Assembly (NCBI RefSeq): GCF_004010195.1
Contig: NW_025215141.1
Span: 1-39,660 of the forward strand
Direction: 5' to 3'
Origin: Chiloscyllium plagiosum
Lineage: Eukaryota
Length of the DNA stretch: 39,660 nucleotides
Below, in pieces: positions 24,620 through 36,172 of this stretch (the stretch's first letter is position 1; every line of letters begins with the position of its first letter). A program made the position numbers and the translations under genes. The notes beneath the pieces are model-generated. The model searched no databases and was not told the origin of the DNA. It worked only from the letters and a program-made list of their open reading frames with translations.

Positions 24620-25800
24620 AAAGATAATTATTCAGTGTAAGGCTATGGATAGTGCCTACATGGGCGTTAATAAACCTTATGCCACGGTAGCTTGGCCTGA
24701 AGGATCAAATCACAATCCATGGAATCCATGGTGGTTGGTAAGTTGGATACAAAATTTTGTTGGTCATTAGAGACAGCAGAACATGGAGGGGTGTATTTCT
24801 GATTGGACATCTGTGGCCAGAGATGTTTCATAAAGATCAGTACTGCGATTTCTGATTGGAATTTATATCTGACTAAGATGAATTTATCAGCAGTCAAATG
24901 AGCACTTTTGCAGAAGACATTATTGAGAAGGCATGTACTAATTATGGATAGTTGGTGAAATTGTGGATAGTGAGGAAGTTTTTAAAGGATGCAGCAATGT
25001 GTAGAACAAATGGAACGTTGGATGGAGAAACAGAAAATTGAATTTCATCGTGACAATTGTGACGTGATGTATTTTTTAAGTCAAATGCAAGAGAAAATTA
25101 CACTGTAAATGACCAGACCCTTGGGAACACTGATATGCAGAGGGATCTTGAAAGGAAATCCATAGCTTCCTGAACATAACAACACAACAGGATGTACTGA
25201 TTAAGAAGGAGTGTGGCAGCATTGTGTAGACACATTGGCATGTCATGTTGTAATATAATATAAAATCAGATTGGCCACGTTTGGAATATTGCGTATTGTT
25301 CTCATCGCCACACAATAGGAAGTGTATGGAGCTTTAGAAAGGGTGCAATAGTGATTTACCAGAATGTTGCCTTGATAAGAATGTGTTTAATATAAGGAGG
25401 TCGGACACAAGTCGATTGTTTTGCGAGAATGTTGGAGGCTGAGGGGCAAACTAGTGCAGGTTTATAACATTAGGATTGGCGTGGATAGTGTGGATAATCG
25501 TAACGTTTTGTCCAATGTGGCAATGTCAAATACTAGGCCGCCTTGGTTTAAGTTTGCGAGTGAAAAAAATTAAATGAGATGGATGAGGCAAGTTTTTTTT
25601 TTCCATAGAGGGTGGAAGCTGCTCAGGACGTGGTAGAACCTGAAATATTTGCAAAGTTTTGAAATGGCATTCATACAGCTACATGAACAGGAACAGAGTA
25701 AAGGAATACGGACCATGTGCAGAAGATGATATTAGTTTAGAATAGCATCAGAGTCAGCACAGCCATGTTGGGTTGAGGGCCTATTGCTGTAGTTGTAGTT
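24620..25800 (+). mobile_element. Old CR1 RT and 3'UTR (paralog of 1080-1935)
   Basis: tttgcagaagaca (FADD remnant), ttggccacgtttggaatattgcgta, cagcacagccatgttgggttgagggcc. Confidence 0.75.
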
Positions 25801-26389
25801 TCTCACTTCCCAGCATCTACCCTGGCAAAAACCCTTTGAATCTTGCATGTTGCAGAAAATTTCTCGCCTATTCTTCGAAACACTAATGGGTTCAAACACA
25901 ACTTACTCCATTTTTTTTTCATTAGAAAATCGCTCCATCTCCAAGATCAGCCGAGTGAACCTTCTCTGGGCTCCATCTAATACAAGAATATTTTTCTTTA
26001 GGACACTCAAACTCTTCAGAATATTCTCGACGCGCTCTGACTCGTACTATGCACAGTTTTAGCAAGACCTTCTTACTTTTAGACACCATTCCCTTTGTAC
26101 TGAATTTCAGCATTTGGTTTATCTTCTCTATTACCTCCTCAACGTGGAAGCTACCGTTTTTGTATTGATACACAAGGACTCCCAAAACCCTTTGTGCAGT
26201 TAGTCTGAAGGCAAACAGTGTTAGCCTGACAGTAAGTTGGGAACGTGCAGAGTATATTATAAAGGATTTGACAAAAACAATAACTGGGCCCTTAGAAACA
26301 ATGAGAGATTCATGGTTTTATAACAGGGGAATATTTTTAAATCAGTTGGATTTTATATTTTGATGTGACCTCCAATGATAGAATAGATA

Positions 26390-27600
26390 AGGGTGGTGAA
26401 GAGAATGACGGAATGCGGATATTTGTAGATTAAGATGCATGTTGGCAAGTTTCAACAAGAGCTAAGGATTAGCGAGGGAGAGGATAGGGCCGCTGGAAGG
26501 TCAATGAGGGGCTGTCTATGTGGAATCACTGTTTCATGGGCGAGATCCGAAACAGATGTTTTGCATTAGGATTTGCATTAGGAGAAAGACATGGAACCTC
26601 GGGAACTTGGGAAAATAGTGATGTCTTGAACAGAATTCACATTGAAGAACTGGAGATGCTGAATGTCCTTAAATGCAAAACGTTAGCTAAAACCTTGGGC
26701 CATGATCAGATGTATTGCAGCAACTTGTGAGAAGCTAGGGAGGAAATTACAGGCCTCATTGCAAAGATATTTGGATCATCGACGGCCACTACAGACCAGT
26801 GGGATGGGTAAGTTGTTGGAGGACATCCTGACGTAGAATCTTCATACATTTGGAATGGCAAGGACAGATTCGCGTTAGTCAGCAGGGCTTTGTGGGAAAA
26901 ATGTCTCTCAAATCTGATTGAGTTTTTGAGGTGGTAGCCAAATAATAGGTCCAGGCAGAACAATAGTCTTTATGTACATTAACTTGAGCAAGATCTTTGA
27001 CAAGGATCTGCATGGCAGACTGATTAACAAGTCTAGATCACACATAACCAGGAGGCACTCACTAACTGGGTACAAAATTGTATCGACGGTAGGAGACAGG
27101 GCATGTTCATAGAGGGTTGGTGCCCAAACTGCAGGCCTGTGATAAACAGTGTGCCATGAGGTTCGGTGCTGGGTCCACTGTGGTGCATCATTCATTTCAG
27201 CGATTTGGATAAGAATACAGGAGTCGTGCTGATCACATTTGTCAGTGAAATTGAAACTGGTGGTAATGTGGGCAGTGAAGATGATTATCTAAGAGTACGT
27301 GATCAACAGTACTCCTGTGCCAGTGAGTTTCAGAATAGCAGGTGGAGAAATGCATGTTTTGCATTTGGTAAAACAAACCGGGGAGGGAGGGGGAGCTTGT
27401 CCCGTTAATGTGAGGGCCCTGGGTAGTTTTGTCAAACAGAGACACGGAGGGATGTAGGTACACAGTTCTTTGAAAGTTATGTCACATGTAGACAGTCTGA
27501 TGAAACAGGTGCTTGGATGCTTACCTTCATTGGTATGAACATTGAGAATAAGAGTTGGGACGTCATGTTATGGCTACACAGGGCATTGGTGAGGCCACCA
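26390..27600 (+). mobile_element. Degraded CR1 ORF2 fragments
   Basis: gagaagctagggaggaaatt, aaatctgattgagttttttgag-like (NLIEFFE), cagtgtgccatgaggttcggtgctgggtccactg (VPQGSVLGPL remnant). Confidence 0.8.
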
Positions 27601-27609
27601 TAACAGCAT

Positions 27610-27815
27610 TGTTCATTAACTGAAAAAAAACTAAGCTGGTTCACGTACGTCCCTTTGGAAGTGCATCTGACATTCTTACCTGATCTGGCTCACATGTCAC
27701 TCCAGACCCACAGAAATATGGCTGACTCTGAGCCACATCGAGACTATTTTCTGTGGACAAAGAATCGTGGTCCAGCCAGTAGACTCTTCAACCCATGAAT
27801 GGACAAGTATAAATA
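27610..27815 (+). mobile_element. SINE fragment, probably Meta-domain
   Basis: ctggttcacgtacgtccctttggaag...cttacctgatctggctcacatgtcactccagacccacag resembles the Meta-domain consensus as I recall it. Confidence 0.55.
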
Positions 27816-27819
27816 AGTA

Positions 27820-29130
27820 TTTTCATTGCTACCTCTTCAAAGACTTGCAGCTGCAGCAATTCATACTGGCTTTGTGACACTGTTCTGGTTATTACCACTT
27901 TCTGTAACATACTCGCCACCTTCAGCATCTTTAACTCTCCTTGCTTCTTTCATTTCATTCCTACCACTCTCCTCCTGAGAGGACACCCCTTGAAATCCGT
28001 TTAAGAAATATTTCCATGTTTCCCTCAGAACTGTTAGGTTATTTGTCTTCTACACATTTCAGAAGCACAGGTGGGAATGTCCAGCTGAGACTTTGTCGTT
28101 TTGTTTAACATTTAAATATTTAACTGTTAATATTTAATACTTCCTTCAATTCTTTTCATTTACAGCCAGATATATCGATCTGTTTCCACTGTTTAGCTTG
28201 GTCAGTTCTCCTCTCAAACTTCAGGGGATTGGAGTTGTTTCTGATCGTCGGGTGTACTCTGCGGTCACTTAAAAATTCATAATCTCTTTGAATTCTACTG
28301 TATTGCAATTTCCCGTCGGTTCGCTCAGTGTGACATCACTCCTTCACTCAACTTCATCACCCAACGGTCGATCTGGAATAGTTATGCTCTTAGCTAGTTG
28401 CAGAAACCCTGATAAAAATATTCTTTGAACCCCTCCCCGAGGATCGCTCTTGCCAGTGTGATTGTCCTAGATTATACAAAGTTTGGTGTCTCCCCAAATT
28501 ATCATACTGCCTTTATTTAAAATTCCAACCGATTCCTGTTTAATGGAGTGATGAGAAATTAAATCCTGCACGGTACAATTAAAAAAAAACTGTTCTCCTG
28601 CTTGTGTTGACACGTAGTAGCCAGAATTTACACTGATTCTATTGCAACATCTGATGCCAAATATTATCTCTGTCATGCCTATGTTACCCACTACTATCAT
28701 GTTACCCTACCTGCTTTGCCATTTTGCCTGAGTTCCCGCTAGGTTGCGTATCATTGAATTGAAATGTTCATTTTTTTTCTTCACCCTGTAACCGTATCTC
28801 TCTGGTGTCTAAACCTCTATCATATCTGTACCACAAGTCCATCTACCTTATTGCAGAGAATTTTTCCATTCTAAAAATCATTATAATTTGCATTTTCCAA
28901 ATCTTTCCTGTCACGAACCTATTCGCTGATGTACAGTGAGAGGTAAACTCTGTTCCTTCCTATTACTTTCTGCTTGTCTTCATTCACATCCTCATGCTGT
29001 TCCGATGCTTGACATGACGTGTTTGTATTTGGAAAGCTCCTTTCACCTGAACCCTGTCCCTGCATCCTCTCTGTCAGTTTAAAGCCTTGTCTATAAACCT
29101 ACCGATATAATTGGCCAGGACACTGCTCCC
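27820..29130 (-). mobile_element. Old CR1 endonuclease-region fragments
   Basis: Minus remnant GSMIIWGDTKLCII (IMGDFNL-like); 28790-29130 is paralogous to 2530-2975. Confidence 0.55.
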
Positions 29131-29139
29131 AGCAGATTT

Positions 29140-29420
29140 ATGTTTTAATTCATACGTGGAATGTAGGCAATTCTGGCTGGCCAGCATTTCATGCCAACCC
29201 AAAGCTGTCCTTGAGCTGAGCAGCTTGCTCGATTATTTGAGAGTGCAGTTGAGATTCAACCGCTTGATCAGTACCTGGAGTCATATGTAGGCCAGACCAA
29301 CTGACTATAACAGATTTCCATCTTTAAAGGATATTGAGCTTTCAGATGGATATCCCTGATATTGGCATTAAATTCTGGATGAACAGTCTAATGAGAGTAA
29401 GACGAGGCCATCGCCTATCC
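29140..29420 (-). mobile_element. Old SINE (paralog of 2985-3355)
   Basis: ctggctggccagcattt...ctggagtcatatgtaggccagacc...agatttccatctttaaagga. Confidence 0.6.
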
Positions 29421-29525
29421 CACTGATAGCTGCCTCATATCTGAGTACTGATCACAGTGCACCATGAGTCAAACTCCTCCTTCCTGCCTGTGGTTTGATC
29501 CTATTCCCTTCCTGCAAATGGATAC

Positions 29526-30267
29526 ATCAATCAGTATCTCTCCATGTAGGATCCTTTATTGTGAGGGTCTAATTGCTATCTCTAACTGCAGCTTTTTGCA
29601 GCTCCTCCAGATCCTGAGCCAACAGAATTCTTCACCTTGAAGAGACGAGGCATCACAGGCCAAGGATGGAGACTGTGATTTTCCAGATCGCAGTGGGACT
29701 CAGTGCTGTTTTCCATTTGTAACCCTCACTGCCTTAGTCTAATTTCCCATTAACTCTATTTCTCTGTCTACTGTCGTTACTCAGGAAGTTCCTGACACTC
29801 AATTTCTAATTCCTGTATTGTCCATCACTTCATCGAACGCAATTTGTCAGCCAGAAGGCAAGGAGGTATGGACACTGCAATAAATCCTGCAGCGAGGTAA
29901 GATCACTAACATTCAACAGAGCAGAGTGCATTTAAAGCGCTAGACACATCTAGCCACAAGACATGGCGTAGACACAGTGCTGAAGGAGAAGAACAGAGCA
30001 GTAAGAACCCAGGCTCAATCTCCACCCACTTGTGAGAGGACGACGATCAGATCTGCTGTACTGAGCCTTCCTGAGACAGCATAGGGAGTTCCCACTTATC
30101 AACGAGGCCTGTGCTGTCTTAATGAGGATCAGTGCAACAGAGATGAAGGCAGTACTCTCATGAGAGACTGGTAATACTGCCTGGGCTTTTGCTGTTCTGT
30201 ATTCCCTCTCCAAGACTCTATCAATTTCATGTCATAGAGTCATACAGCAAGGAAACAGACCAGTGTT
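29526..30267 (+). ncRNA. Duplicon cassette copy 3: exon-like 29602-29649 and 29777-29896 (donor GAG|GTAAGA) plus long hairpin ~29957-30233
   Basis: Stems 29993-30014/30179-30200 (21 of 22 paired, 3 G-U), 30029-41/30152-64, and 30052-30085/30108-30141 with a 22-nt loop. Confidence 0.55.
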
Positions 30268-30269
30268 CC

Positions 30270-30880
30270 AGTGCCTTAAATCCTTCTAACTCCTAAAACG
30301 GTTCCTATCTCGTTAACCCCTTCTCCTTTCCAACTCTTCAATGCATCGTCTCCCTGTAATCTCCTCAAATATTACCACGCCCTGTCTTTGTAGTATCCTC
30401 CAGCATCAGCCACCTTCTCGATTTCCGTATCCTCCTCCAGAACAGCAGTCCACATCTCTGTGTAACTGATGGGAATGCTGCAAACCTGCCTTCACAGCCC
30501 TCACTAACTGTCTGAAATCCTGCCGCCCTACTATCCTCAGCATCTCTGGTCCTCCAATTCCTACAATTTCCCCTGGCTCTGTGAACTGATCTAGCCCCTT
30601 CAAACCTCCCTACCTCAGTAAACTCTTGACCCTACAACTAACATGACAACTGTGTTGTGCCCGGCCAGTACACCCTCCCTAACTCTGTAAACTCGTACAG
30701 CTCCAAATACCAACCCCGTTCTCTATAATTCCCCCGATCTCTGTGACTCCTTCAGGACTGATAAGCCTGTACCTGTCCCAACAACCTATCTGACCTCTAA
30801 ACAACATCAGTGATCTCACAATATCTGAACTCTGTAGCATTCTCCAGTCTGTACAGTCCTGCTTTTCAGTGTTAGCTTCT
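30270..30880. repeat. Degenerate C/T-rich minisatellite
   Basis: ccctccctaactctgtaaactc-type units. Confidence 0.65.
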
Positions 30881-30884
30881 CTTG

Positions 30885-32005
30885 TGCCTGCATTCCCCTT
30901 TATCTCTGGTTATAGACCTTTGCTCAGGAGAACAACATCTCATTATCCATCCTGCGAGAAGACAAGAATCTTTGGTGTATCAATGCATTTGCCTTGTTTT
31001 CTCAATAAATTCTAATCAGTTCAAAGTTCAATTTTCTCCACCTCTTCTCATCAATATCCCTCCTTTTTGAGGATCAGTCTGGTGAATCTTGTCTGAACTG
31101 CCTCCAGTGCAAGACCATTTTCCCTGGAGATAGGGGACCAAGTGTTGTCTGGTGTGAGCTGATTTCTGCCTTCTGTCGTTATTGCATGCCTTCTCTATTA
31201 TTATTTTCCATTCCCTTTGGAATCAATGCCAGCATTACTTTTGCCTTCTCTATGACCTGCTGATCCCGTATGCCACGTTTCTGAGATTTATACACAATGC
31301 TTCCCAAGTTTTTTTCTGTGGTGGAGCTTTCTCCAATCGATCTGAAACCAAAATGAGACAGTAATAAGAAGGAACGTGTCGGAATTCATGATGAACATTA
31401 TGCCCAAAATGATAACTGCACATTTCAAACCCAATGGAAAAAGGACAGTCCATAAGACCATAAGATAGAAGAGGAGAATGAGACCATTCGGACCTTTGAT
31501 TCTGCTCCACCATTCGATTATAGTTGAATTGTTTCCCAACCCCATTCTCTCTTCTACTCCCTGAAAGCCTTGATCCCCTTAGTCATCACGAACTAATCTA
31601 TCTCTGAGTTAAATACACAGAATTACTTAGCTGCACAGCCCCGTGAGGCAGTGAGTTCCACAGATTGATCATCCTCTAGCTGAATAAATTTCTCCATATC
31701 TGCATTCTAAAGGATCATTCCTTCGCTCTGTAACTGTGTCCCTAGTCTCTGTGACTCGTGGGAACATCTCCCCCATGTTCCGTATGTGTGTAGAGTGTAG
31801 GTGCTGGAGAATGTTTCAGGCCCCTCACATACATACGGATGTAAGAACCAAAGAACGTAGGAGCAGGAGTAGGCTACCTGGCCCTGAGAGTCTGCTCTGG
31901 TATTCAATCAGATCATGGTTAATGTTTTCATGGACTCAGCTCCACTTGCCCACCCTCTCACCATGTCCCTTAATTCTTTCCTTGTTAAAAAAGTAATCGA
32001 TCTTC
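30885..32005 (-). mobile_element. Three CR1 fragments (~30885-31360, 31451-31780, 31841-32005)
   Basis: Tails cataagaccataaga and taagaaccaaagaacgtaggagcaggagtagg; gaactgcctccagtgcaag...ggggaccaa. Confidence 0.75.
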
Positions 32006-32960
32006 ACTTGATACTTCAACCCAACTTTGAAACGCGTTCAGCCTTCAACCTACCCATGTCTGTCACCTTCTCTGGTCGCCTTCAAGCTCCCCAGTGCTGT
32101 CACCTTATCCAGCCAGTTCAACCCTCTACATCTCTGTCACCTTCTCCAGCCCGTTCAACCCTCTGTATCTGTGTCACATACTCCACCCCTTTCAACCCTT
32201 CCTATCTCTCTAAACTTCTCAAGATTATTCAACCATCCACATCTCTGTAACCTTCTCCAGCCGCTTCAACTCTCCGTATCTCTGTAACCTTCAAGGTCCT
32301 CTTCAACCCTCCATATCCCTGTAAGCTTCTCCATTCCCTTCAAGCTTCCATATCTCTGTGTACTTCTTAAGACGCTTCAACTTTTAATATATCTGTCACC
32401 CACTCCAGCCTCTTCAGCCCTCCCCATCTAGGTAACCTTCGCAAGCTTCTTCAACCTGACATCCCTCCTTATCACTGTAACATTCCCAAAACCTACACCC
32501 CTCTCTAACCCTGAAACATTCTCCAGCACCTACTCCCTCCATATCTCTTTAACATTCTACAGCACCTGCAACCCCTCCCTATCTGTGTACCATTCTGCAG
32601 CGCCAACACTCCTCCCTATCCCTGTAACCTAATCCAGCAACTATACCCCTCCCATTCCCTGTAACATTCTCCAGCACCTACACCTCTCCCATTCCCTGTA
32701 ACCTAATCCAGCACCTGCAACTATGCACTAAACCTGTAACGTTCACCAGAACGTGCCCCCTTCTTAGTCCTGTTACCTTATCCAACACCCACTTCCCTGC
32801 CTGTGTATGCTTCATCAGCACTTATAGCTCTTTCGATCTCTGATACCTACCACAGCATGTAAATGTCTCTTTATTCTCTGTAACCTCCTCCAAATACTAA
32901 TATCTTCTGATCTATGTTGCCTCCTCCATACTTCACTCTGATCACGCTTTGTAATCTCGT
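32005..32960. repeat. 37-bp minisatellite array
   Basis: Units such as ttcaaccctctacatctctgtcaccttctccagcccg; ctccc motif at 32575, 32612 and 32649 (period 37). Confidence 0.9.
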
Positions 32961-33019
32961 CAAGCCCATATACTCCAAATGGGTATTCAGAGGAACAGAG
33001 CAATGCGGCAGTCATTGAT

Positions 33020-34110
33020 CGTTTGATGTTTTGTCTGTGTGTATACAGGAAATACACGGATAGTTTCCCACATTGTCAGGTAGATGCCAGTGCTGTAGCC
33101 CAGCAGGAACAGCTTTAATGGAATGTAATCAGGGCACACACACTTCGTATTATCCAAAACCACCGGCCATTTGTTAATACTACACAAAATGAACCAAATT
33201 AGCTGAAGACTGACATCTAGCGGAAACTAAAGTAGCTCATCCCATCGACCCTTCTTTCTGTACATTGTTGGGAATGGTTCAACCTTATCATCTCTTGTTG
33301 TGCTGGGCTCTTTCATTATTGAGAAGGCGACATTTATGGATCCTCCACCAGTGAGTTGTTTGATTGTCCACCAGCATTCACCCAGACTGCATTCGACAGG
33401 ATTGCAGAGATTACGTCGGATTTGTTGTTTCAATCTGTCTATCACTTGCAGCTTACATTCTTTGGTGTGTAAGTGATCCTGTTTGTTAATGTTACCTCAT
33501 TTTCAGGTATACCTTGGCAGGCCCTCCTGTGTTCCTCACTGCACAAGGGTTCATCCCCTGGCCTGATGGTCAATGTAACGTAGAGGATACGCCAGGCAGT
33601 GACAGTGAAACTTGTGCTGGGGTACAATTCTGCTGCTATTGGTAATGACCTGAATCACCTCACACAACTCAGTGCTTAGTTACCAGATCGATTCAAAATC
33701 TCTTTCGTTTAGCAGGGTGACAGTGTGACACACACAGAGTGAAATCGCAACGTAAAGGTGAGCCTTTGTGACCAGACATACGTATGCAGTATTCACTATT
33801 ATTAAAATGATGATCGATCATTGTGTCTGCAGCCTATCGATTGGTGAGGTTGAGGTTAAGCATGTTTCCCCTCTCAGTCATTCCCTCTCCACCCACTGCA
33901 AACCCAGTCCAGCAGCCATGTCCTTTTGGAACCAACCGTTTCGATCAGCAATCCTGCTGCTGAGCCCCTCTCGTTGTTGTTTTTGAAATGACCCACCCAT
34001 TATATATTCTCCAGCTTTGTCACTCTCTCACTGCTTCCTCCAAGTGTTGTTCAATGTGGAGGGCCACTGATACATAAGCTGAGGGAGGGGATTCTGGAAA
34101 TTTCTGTGCC
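33020..34110 (-). mobile_element. Old LINE ORF2 fragment (L2/CR1 superclade, distinct from the other CR1s)
   Basis: Minus remnants ECWWTIKQLTGGGS and PGDEPLCSEEHRRACQ (PWFNEECRRA-like). Confidence 0.7.
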
Positions 34111-34255
34111 AGTGTTTGATCTCACCCAGGGAGGCTGTGAGAGTGGGGACAGCAGGACGTTTCCATGTCAGTGTTTGATCTAACACCGTGAGGTTGAGGG
34201 AGGGGAGTCAGCAGGAAGTTTCCGTGTCAGTGCTTGAACTGACACTGTGAGCTTC
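34078..34255. repeat. Three tandem 59-bp units
   Basis: agtg(t/c)ttga at 34111, 34170 and 34229. Confidence 0.85.
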
Positions 34256-34265
34256 TAGTCAAGAC

Positions 34266-34385
34266 GAGAGTGATGTTGGAAAAGAAAGGAGGAGCAGGAT
34301 TCCAGATGAAGGGCTTTTTCCCGAAACGTCAATTTTCCTGCCCCTCCCATGCTGACTAGCTGTGCTATTCCAGCACCACTCTAAT
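34266..34385 (+). mobile_element. Penelope-derived mini-element with mutated hammerhead core
   Basis: Inverted ends agagtgatgttggaa / ttccagcaccactct; attcCAGATGAagggctttttcccGAAAcgtc (CUGA changed to CAGA). Confidence 0.75.
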
Positions 34386-34641
34386 TTATAACATTTAAAG
34401 CCTCCCTTTCCCCTTCTGTTACATCTCCAGTCTTGCTTTCCCGTCTCTGAAAAATTTCCAGCCTTGCTTTCTTATCCCTGAAAAAATTCCAGTCTTACTT
34501 TCCTTTCTCTGTAACAAGTCCAGCCGTGCTTTCCTACCTCTGTAACATCTCCTGCTTTGCTTTCCTATCTCTGTAAAATTTCAAGCCTTTCTTTCCTACC
34601 TCTGTGACTTCTCCAGCCTTGTTTTCTTATTTCTCAAACCT

Positions 34642-35808
34642 AAGAGGTGCAGTTAGTAAGTTTGCAGATGACACAAAAATTGGAGTTATGATGGACAGAG
34701 AAGAGGGTTAGCTCAGATTACAACAGGATCTGGACCAGATGGGCCAATGCGTTGAGAAGTGGCAGATGTAGTTTAATTCAGATAAATGCGTGTTGCTGCA
34801 TTTTGGGAAAGCAAATCTTAGTAGGACTTCTCCACTTCATGATAAGGTCCTAGGATGTGTTGCTGAACAAAGAGACCTTGGAGTGCAGGTTCATAGCTCC
34901 TTGAAAGTGGAGTCGCAGCTGGATGGGATAGTGAAGAAGACGTTTATTATGCTTTCTCTTGTTAGTCAGAGTATTGAGTACAGGAGTTGGGAGCTGAAAA
35001 TGTGTTGCTGGAAAAGCGCAGCAGGTTAGGCACCATCCACGGAGCAAGAGAATCGACGTTTCAGGCATGAGCCCTTCTTCAGGAATGAGCCCTTCTTCAT
35101 GCTCATGCCCGATACGTGGATTCTCCTGTTCCCTGGATACTGCCTGACCTGCTGCGCCTTTTCAGCAATACATTTGCAGCTCTGATCTCCAGCATCTGCA
35201 GTCCTCAATTTCTCCGACAGGAGTTGGGAGGCCATGTTGCGGCCATGACATTGGTTAGGCCACTGTTGTAATATTGCGTGCAATTCTGGTCTCCTTCCTA
35301 TACGAAAGATGGAACTTGAAAGTGTTCAGAAACGTTTAACAAGAATGTTGCCAGGGTTGGAGGATCTGAGCTACAGGGAGAGGCTGAACAGGCTGGGGCT
35401 GTTTTTCTAGGAGCGTCGGAGGCTGAGTGGTGACCTTACCGAGGTTTAAAACATTATGATGTGCATGGATAAGATAACTAGACAAAGTATTTTCGGGGAG
35501 TCCAGAAGTAGAGGCATAGGTTTAGGGTGAGAGGGGCAAGATATGGAAGAGACCTAAGGGGCAACGTTTTCACGCAGATGGTGGTAGGTGCATGGAATGA
35601 GCTGCCAGATGATGTGGTGAAGGCTGCAAGAAGTATTCCAACATTTCAGAGGCATTTGGATGGGTACATGAACATGAAGGTTTTGGAGGGATATGGGCCG
35701 GGTGCTGGCAGGTGGGACTAGATTGGGTTGGGCTATCTGGTCGGCATGGACGGGTTGGACCGAAGGGTCTGTTTCCATGTTGTACATCTCTATGACTTTA
35801 AGACTCTA
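34642..35808 (+). mobile_element. 5'-truncated CR1
   Basis: agtaagtttgcagatgacacaaaaattgg (SKFADDTKI), WNELP, 3'UTR ggaccgaagggtctgtttccatgttgtacatctctatgac. Confidence 0.92.
34994..35216. mobile_element. Palindromic Penelope-derived insertion inside CR1, 14-bp TSD, hammerhead motif on - strand
   Basis: TSD acaggagttgggag at 34980-93 and 35217-30; arms 34991-35072 / 35101-35182; minus strand attcCTGAAGAagggctcatgcctGAAAcGTC at 35051-86. Confidence 0.85.
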
Positions 35809-36172
35809 TCTCCAGCCTTGTTTTCCGATCTCTGTAACATCTCCAGCCTTGCTTTCCTACCACTGTAATATCTGAAGCCTTGCTTTTCTCTCCCCTTTAA
35901 CATCTCTACCCTTGCTTTCCTGTTTCTGTAAAATCTCCAGACTTGCTTTCCTCTCTCTGTAACCACTCCAGCTTTGCTTCCAATCTCTTTAATATCTGCG
36001 GACTTGCTTCCCCATCTCTGTAACATCTCCACCATTGCATTCCTATCACTATAACATCCCCAGCCTTGTTTTCCTAACACTGTAAAATTTTAAACCTTGA
36101 TTTGTCATCTCTGAAACATCGCAAGACTTGTTTGTCTATCTCTGTAACAATTCCGAACTTGCTTCCCTTTCT

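Noticed and set aside
29973..30011. RSS-like CACAGTG + 23 bp + aagaaccca, with an inverted counterpart at 13675-13713, suggesting an Ig/TCR segment or a RAG/Transib end
   Set aside because: The nonamer matches poorly (4 of 9), both spacers would be 23 (violating 12/23), no V/D/J coding sequence is adjacent, and the inverted repeat extends outward past the heptamer. These are simply hairpin arms.
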